DNA of 64,000 nt from NCBI GenBank assembly GCA_964016885.1, contig OZ024740.1, forward strand, positions 409,572,001 through 409,636,000, in the 5' to 3' direction. Position 1 is the first letter of the stretch; every line of letters begins with the position of its first letter. The notes under the pieces are model-generated. The model did not search any database. It saw only the letters and a program-made list of their open reading frames with translations, and was not told where the DNA came from. Of the stretch, positions 56,474 to 64,000 are shown one piece after another. A program made the position numbers and the translations under genes. Origin of the DNA: Eledone cirrhosa (Eukaryota).

Positions 56474-57038
56474 TATTACTGAGGACCTATTTAGTTTTTA
56501 TAGAGAATATTAGGAGGGAGGGGTGAAGTTGTTAGAAGAATAGTTGAAGGAGTGGTTTTTCGATAGCAGTGAGAATTCTTGGTGGCAGTGAGTAATTAGA
56601 TTCCCATCTGTTGTTTTGACATTTTTTATAGAATATATTATTGGTTATTTTTCTAAATCTATAGAAGGATTAGAGATAGTAAAGATATGCGTGGTTGGTT
56701 TTGTGTTTGCACTTAACATTCAGACTTAAATTTTTCTTTCAAGTGTACGTATTCTTTCACCCACGCATTCACACACAAATATATTTGCACACCTCTACAA
56801 AATACATATACTCACAATTCACATATTCATACTTACATATATATACACATGCATACACATATATATACACACATGTATTCATGTACATACATACGCGCTC
56901 ATGTGTATACATTTTCATACTCAACTTATCTTTATATATACACACGTATAGACACACACATATATACATACATACTCTAGTCCATGTGTACACACATACA
57001 CATACATACACATCCATATACACATACATACATACACA

Positions 57039-57118
<80 letters not shown>

Positions 57119-57427
57119 CACATATATACATACACACACATATATATATATATATATAAGCACTTTAATACATGAATACACTTACATCTAACTATACACA
57201 TCAAACATATATATATATTTACTTATTTATATACATTTTCACATATATATACATACTTATGGACGTTTTTAGACACATTCATTATCGCATATTTGTACTT
57301 ATTCTCATCAGCATATCTTTTCATTATTAGTATGGTAATTTAAGGTTATTAATATATGTTGAGAAGAGATTGTTTTTATATTTTTCTAACTAGATTAAGG
57401 TTTATATAGTTGGGGGATGTCCCTCTT

Positions 57428-59748
57428 TTATGTAATATTCAGCTTGTAGTGGGAAAAAAGGGTTTTAGTTCTGTGACGGCAGAATAATGTTCGTTCAATT
57501 CTGTTATTCAGCAGTTTCTTCTTGTGTGTGATTATGTAATAAATCTCAAGATTACACAATTTGCAGAAATTTTGGCTCCTGGAAAAGCTTTGGGTTTTAG
57601 CTAATTTTTCCCATTTTAGGGTAAACTTTTGATTGCTATCCCTGAGCGTCCAAGCTTTTTCTGCTAAAGTTGTTACATTTCTTTGGCTCTGGTGTTTTAT
57701 TGAGTAAGAATGCCTATACAATCGAGATTTAAACGATGTTGCCGTTGATCCCACGTAATACCACTCGTTGCCTCCGGATTTAATGGTACACTTATAAATA
57801 ATATTTTTTTCCAGGCAGTTATTGCCGAGGGGGCAGTTGTCAGGATAGGTGCAGTTACAGTTGTGTACGTTGGGTTTTCTCTGGAGTAGTGCGGACGAAC
57901 TTAGGTGTGGTTTATTTATGTTCTGTAGTGTATTGTCTACTGTTTTTTTGGGGGGTTCTTTGTACTTAAGTTCTTAGTGTTTTCGTTTAACCTTCTAGTA
58001 TTGATCTTTTTTATGTGTTGTTCAAGGTTTAACGCCGTAGAGTATGACAGTCTTATAGTGGTAGGGTTTAGGATTTTGTGGTATTTGTGTGATGTGGGAA
58101 AATGTCTTTTAATTATTTTAAAGAAGAGTACCGGTAAATTTGTACTAATGGAGCTATTGTATTCGGGGTTATACCATAAGTACTCTTTGCATCGCTTTCT
58201 ATTAGTTTTGTTTGTTGGTTTACTGGTGTGCATACTATGGTAGTAAGTGTGGTTTGGTGTTGTGTTATTATATCTACCTATGTGGGATTTATTTTGGGTG
58301 TTTTGATTGTTCCCATCTATGTACTCTATTTTGTTGAGGTAGCCTGCTTTACTAAGGGCGTTATCGTAGTACTCGGCGTGTTCCTTAAATACTTGTATGT
58401 TAGAAGATAGACCCGAGATTCTAAGGGAAATATTTTTAGGGATAGATTTAATTATAGAGATGGGGTGGTTAGACCCAACATTTACGTATTTGAGATTTTC
58501 ATTCAATTTATGAAACGGTTTAATCAAACCAGAGTTTAAATTGAGTGTGACATCCAGGAAGTTAACTACTTTAAGGTTGTATTCATATGTTATAGTTAGT
58601 CCTATTTCGAGTAGTAGTATTCTTATATCTTTGCGTAGTTTTTCTAGTTTTTGGTTATTAAGGTTTTTAGCTAGGAGGAGAACATCGTCGCGGTATATTC
58701 CGCCGTGGAGATTGCTGAATTTTTCCTGGAGTCTAAAGGCGATAAATAACCACACAATATCAGTTATTTCCGCCGAATCGTTAGAGCCCATTGTTATGTC
58801 AAAGTTAGAGGGTCTATCTTTACGTACCCAATAACTGTTCTCAAATTTGACTATAGTTTTCCTAGCTTCTAATATAATCTTAATTTCATCGTTTGTAAGG
58901 TCAGAGTTATCCTTAGCAAACTTAATGGCTCTATTCAAAGTTTCAGGTGATATCGATGAGTAATATTCATCGATATCAAACTGGATAAACTTAGATTTAT
59001 TCTTATTGCTAATGCTATTAAACCATCTTATTGCTTCTTGGGTCTTCCCCCAGAGTTTAATGTTAACCTTAGCCTTAATTTGGGGGATGATTCTATCTAA
59101 GATATATTTGCTTATTTTACCTATATCTGATTTAGAGGGGCAGATTAATCTAATTTTAGGGTCATTATCAAAGTTTACCTTGTGGTCCTTAAGATTGAAG
59201 GTGGGTACCGCCGGTAAGAGTGGTCCTGTCCTATCTTCGATTCCGAGATTTTTCACTATTTCGCATGCCTCATCATTGATGTGCTTAAGGGTTACTTCAC
59301 TCGTTTTTCTATATTTTTTATGTAATTCTTTTCGAATGAAGTTGTTGTATGTAGTGCAATCCATAGTGTACAGGTTTGATGTTTTGTCCGCTTTTACTAC
59401 AATTCCTTTGGTGTTTTTAAGGTCGTCCAGTAGTTTTTTTATATCTTTCTGTAATTTGCTGTTGGTGTTGCGTCCTTTGAATTTAATTTTAAGGATTAAG
59501 TTCATAAGGTCCTGCTCAAATGCATCTAATAGTGGGTTGGTGGGTGGGTTTTTACAAGTCCTAAAACCGAATTTGTTGTTTACACCACTTTCTAATGTTG
59601 AGTTCATACGGCTTCTATCATAGTGGAGCGTTTTCCACCTGACACGTCGAATGAATTCATTAGTTTTTTGAATCATGCTCAATAAATATTCCTTTCTACC
59701 TTGGGTTGGTATGTTTTTGAGTGACATATCCAGGTAGTGTTTTTCCAT
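57428..59748 (-). CDS. PLE reverse transcriptase-GIY-YIG polyprotein with a single frameshift at ~57945
   Basis: VKADKTSNLY, FIQFDIDEYYSSI, TMGSNDSAE, IYRDD, FLDV. The -1 frame continues HNCNCTYPDNCPLGNNCLEKNIIYKC...YYVGST..FKSRL..H...CKLCNLE...CRH. Confidence 0.92.
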
Positions 59749-59952
59749 TGTTGTGGTTGCGTTTGCTGTGTGGGTTGCTCGACTTTACAGGAGGTAAATA
59801 TACAGTATTTTCCGTTGTGTTGTAATATAAATATTACACACAGTAGATTATCAGCTCACGTAGAGTTTGCTCGACGGTTCCAGTTGTAGTTCCAAAAGTA
59901 ATCCGGAGAAAAATAGAAAGATTTGAATGGATACAGTTTAGTTGAAAGGAAT

Positions 59953-60069
59953 TTATTGACACGTGTTTCTATAACAGTTACATAACCTAAAACAGCTATC
60001 TACAAACTTTTAGTTATGCAGACATTCAATATTTCAATGTTATTATTTACTGTCATTTCATCAGAATAA
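59953..60069 (-). ncRNA. Type I hammerhead with extended stem II (5' pLTR)
   Basis: Identical to 56357-56473. Lies ~200 nt upstream of the ORF start. Confidence 0.8.
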
Positions 60070-60634
60070 TATTACTGAGGACCTATTTAGTTTTTATAGA
60101 GAATATTAGGAGGGAGGGGTGAAGTTGTTAGAAGAATAGTTGAAGGAGTGGTTTTTCGATAGCAGTGAGAATTCTTGGTGGCAGTGAGTAATTAGATTCC
60201 CATCTGTTGTTTTGACATTTTTTATAGAATATATTATTGGTTATTTTTCTAAATCTATAGAAGGATTAGAGATAGTAAAGATATGCGTGGTTGGTTTTGT
60301 GTTTGCACTTAACATTCAGACTTAAATTTTTCTTTCAAGTGTACGTATTCTTTCACCCACGCATTCACACACAAATATATTTGCACACCTCTACAAAATA
60401 CATATACTCACAATTCACATATTCATACTTACATATATATACACATGCATACACATATATATACACACATGTATTCATGTACATACATACGCGCTCATGT
60501 GTATACATTTTCATACTCAACTTATCTTTATATATACACACGTATAGACACACACATATATACATACATACTCTAGTCCATGTGTACACACATACACATA
60601 CATACACATCCATATACACATACATACATACACA

Positions 60635-60734
<100 letters not shown>

Positions 60735-61084
60735 CACATATATACATACACACACATATATATATATATATAAGCACTTTAATACATGAATACACTTACA
60801 TCTAACTATACACATCAAACATATATATATATTTACTTATTTATATACATTTTCACATATATATACATACTTATGGACGTTTTTAGACACATTCATTATC
60901 GCATATTTGTACTTATTCTCATCAGCATATCTTTTCATTATTAGTATGGTAATTTAAGGTTATTAATATATGTTGAGAAGAGATTTTATATTCAATTATA
61001 ATATACGGCGCGGAAAAATCTCTTTCCTTGAGCTATTTTATTATAAGAGAATATTTTGAGTTTCTAACTCAATATATATCTTTG

Positions 61085-61218
<134 letters not shown>

Positions 61219-61326
61219 CAAGGAGACAACAAACAGAGGTACAAAAAGTCTTATTAGTTTCGCGCTTTATATTGGAAAGAGGAGTACAAAATAGAGACAG
61301 GATCACAATGGAGAAACAGAAATCGG

Positions 61327-61374
<48 letters not shown>

Positions 61375-61380
61375 CCGATT

Positions 61381-61540
61381 GTCCTGGACCAGGCGATGTG
61401 TTATGTACTTGAGCAAGACACTTTATTTCACGTTGTTCCTTCTACCTGGAGTTGCGACCGTTAGATAGTATTAGCAACTGGAAAGACCGACGAAAACATT
61501 GTTGCCTCGGTCCGATTTGACGAAAGTCGATCGATCCTTT
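61381..61540 (+). mobile_element. 5'-truncated SINE (second family)
   Basis: Reverse-complement match to 26095-26255. Confidence 0.8.
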
Positions 61541-61718
61541 TTATATATATATATATTGTCTTTACTGGACCTCTTTTTCTGTCAATGTAAATTTCTGGTA
61601 TTTATACATTTTGTCATGGTAAGGGAAGGGTAGTGGTAGTTTGTCATGGATGGGGATTCTTAGAAAAAACAAAATTTATTTAGAGAAAGAAGTTTAGTAG
61701 CAGGTTGCAATTGAAATA

Positions 61719-61775
<57 letters not shown>

Positions 61776-61805
61776 TCCTTAATGTTATATACACACATAC
61801 ATATT

Positions 61806-61939
61806 ATTATTTCTGAAGACGGCGGGTAGTGAAGACGTATGTATTTTTCTTACTATGATATTTTGTAATATATTTATAATAGATCAATAATTGAATGGAC
61901 ATACGGGGAACTACCCCCCAGAAACGATCGTAAAATAAT
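61806..61939 (+). ncRNA. Type I hammerhead with extended stem II (orphan)
   Basis: AUUAUUU-CUGAAGA-C-GGCGGGUAGU..CGUAUGU(...)ACAUACG..ACUACCCCCC-A-GAAA-CGAUCG-UA/AAAUAAU. Confidence 0.82.
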
Positions 61940-62038
61940 GAGTTTTACTATGAATTAACCGTTTTTTGTTTAATTTCATTGTTTTACTATTTCTCTCTCT
62001 CTCTATATATATATATACATACATATATATTATATATA

Positions 62039-62135
<97 letters not shown>

Positions 62136-62172
62136 AGTGCATATATATATATATATATACATACATTATTAT

Positions 62173-62244
<72 letters not shown>

Positions 62245-62282
62245 TCTTTTTTCCTGGACCTTTCCGACGGAATTACTTCATT

Positions 62283-62348
<66 letters not shown>

Positions 62349-62499
62349 TCTATGTATATATATATATGTGTGTGTGTGTGTATATATATATATGTGTGTG
62401 TATATGTTTATTCTTAGATGCGTATGTTTATATTTAGATGCGCATTTGTATGTGTATGTGTACTTATATATTTTTTAAATCTGTTATAACTTTCATCAA

Positions 62500-62975
62500 A
62501 AAACCAGACTGGATGACCATCTTCCCATTCCTCGGTGATAAACCCCTCATCTGGGATGTCACATGCAGCGACATATTCTCCAGCTACAACATGGTGCAGG
62601 CTGCTACTAACCCAGGCTCTGCTCTGCTGCAGTTCGGGTTGAGGGGGGTAAACTCTCCAAATATCGGTCGTTCTCCGACAGGTTTGCGGTAGAGCAATGA
62701 AGACTTCTGGTGTTCTTTGCCCTAGGACCACCTTCCTACTCACCACCATCGACACAGAGTTTGCTCCCCGTATGTGGGCGCCTCGCGAGCTGGAATGGCA
62801 CTTCCAGCCCGTCTCCTTCCCCATCCTCCGGAGAAACGCTTCCTCTATTTTGTCCGCCGGGGCTGCGGAGCGGCCAGCGCGTGCCTCCGCATTTGCTCAT
62901 AATAGTGAGAGATGGGGAAAGCGGGAGAGACAGAGGCAGTTTGGTTCCACTGTATTCAAACCTGTTGTATGTGTA
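62500..62975 (+). mobile_element. CRE-like 3' fragment, decayed
   Basis: KPDWMTIFPFLGDKPLIWDVTCSD...KTSGVL, then one degenerate copy of the 77-bp terminal unit. Confidence 0.8.
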
Positions 62976-63092
62976 TATATTTATTTACCAGACCATATAA
63001 GTGTTCTTTACATTTTTACCTGCTACTCCAGCCAGCTTGCAAGGGACATAACTCTGTAATATTTGTCTATGCCTTGAACAGAAATTAATTGA

Positions 63093-63163
<71 letters not shown>

Positions 63164-63348
63164 TTGATATATCTTATCTATATGTTTTAGATTCTCCCCC
63201 CCCCCCTCTCTCTCCGCTCACATTGATATATCTTATCTGTCATGAAAGAAACTACCGAAAAATAAACGTCCTTCCAGACATCTTCTAGTCAAACTTTCAT
63301 CATTTCTTATAAATTTTTAAATATATTTCCTTGACTGTCTTTTATAAG

Positions 63349-63888
<540 letters not shown>

Positions 63889-64000
63889 CTTTCGTCAGAT
63901 AAAATATAATAATTGGTCTTAAGATAGTGACATATCTTCATGTGAACTTAATGGTCAGTAAAGATAGTGAATTGAAAGTTCAACACTCAAGGGATATATG

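Noticed and set aside
59006-59623. 205-aa plus-strand ORF (and similar antisense ORFs over the L1)
   Set aside because: Antisense shadow of the retroelement ORF with no recognisable motifs.

Overview
AT-rich, microsatellite-dense animal genomic DNA. The SINE types and the (TA)n/(AAT)n/(CA)n load suggest a cephalopod such as an octopus; this is inference. One host gene can be assembled on the minus strand: a ~140-aa, four-EF-hand calmodulin-like protein. Its exons are 48388-48251 or 31348-31199 (two paralogous, phase-compatible first exons), then 14786-14701 and 12953-12755. The ORF track shows only the 31348 exon. The rest is repeats and mobile DNA: a 35-bp satellite with higher-order structure, a near-complete Naiad-type Penelope-like element with ~1.06-kb pseudo-LTRs, other Penelope remnants, a near full-length L1/Tx1 LINE, and several R4/Dong-like fragments stacked in one (TAA)n tract. 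There are also RTE, CRE-like and ingi-like LINE pieces (several with 5' inversions), tRNA-SINEs, a MITE, a non-autonomous Helitron, and a telomere-like array between inverted repeats. Nine type I hammerhead ribozyme motifs can be folded by eye (eight with the canonical core, one U3-A8 core variant), plus one degenerate variant copy; one sits in a terminally redundant, retrozyme-like unit. Most other ORFs in the track are microsatellite translations or antisense shadows. All calls were made by eye, without database searches.
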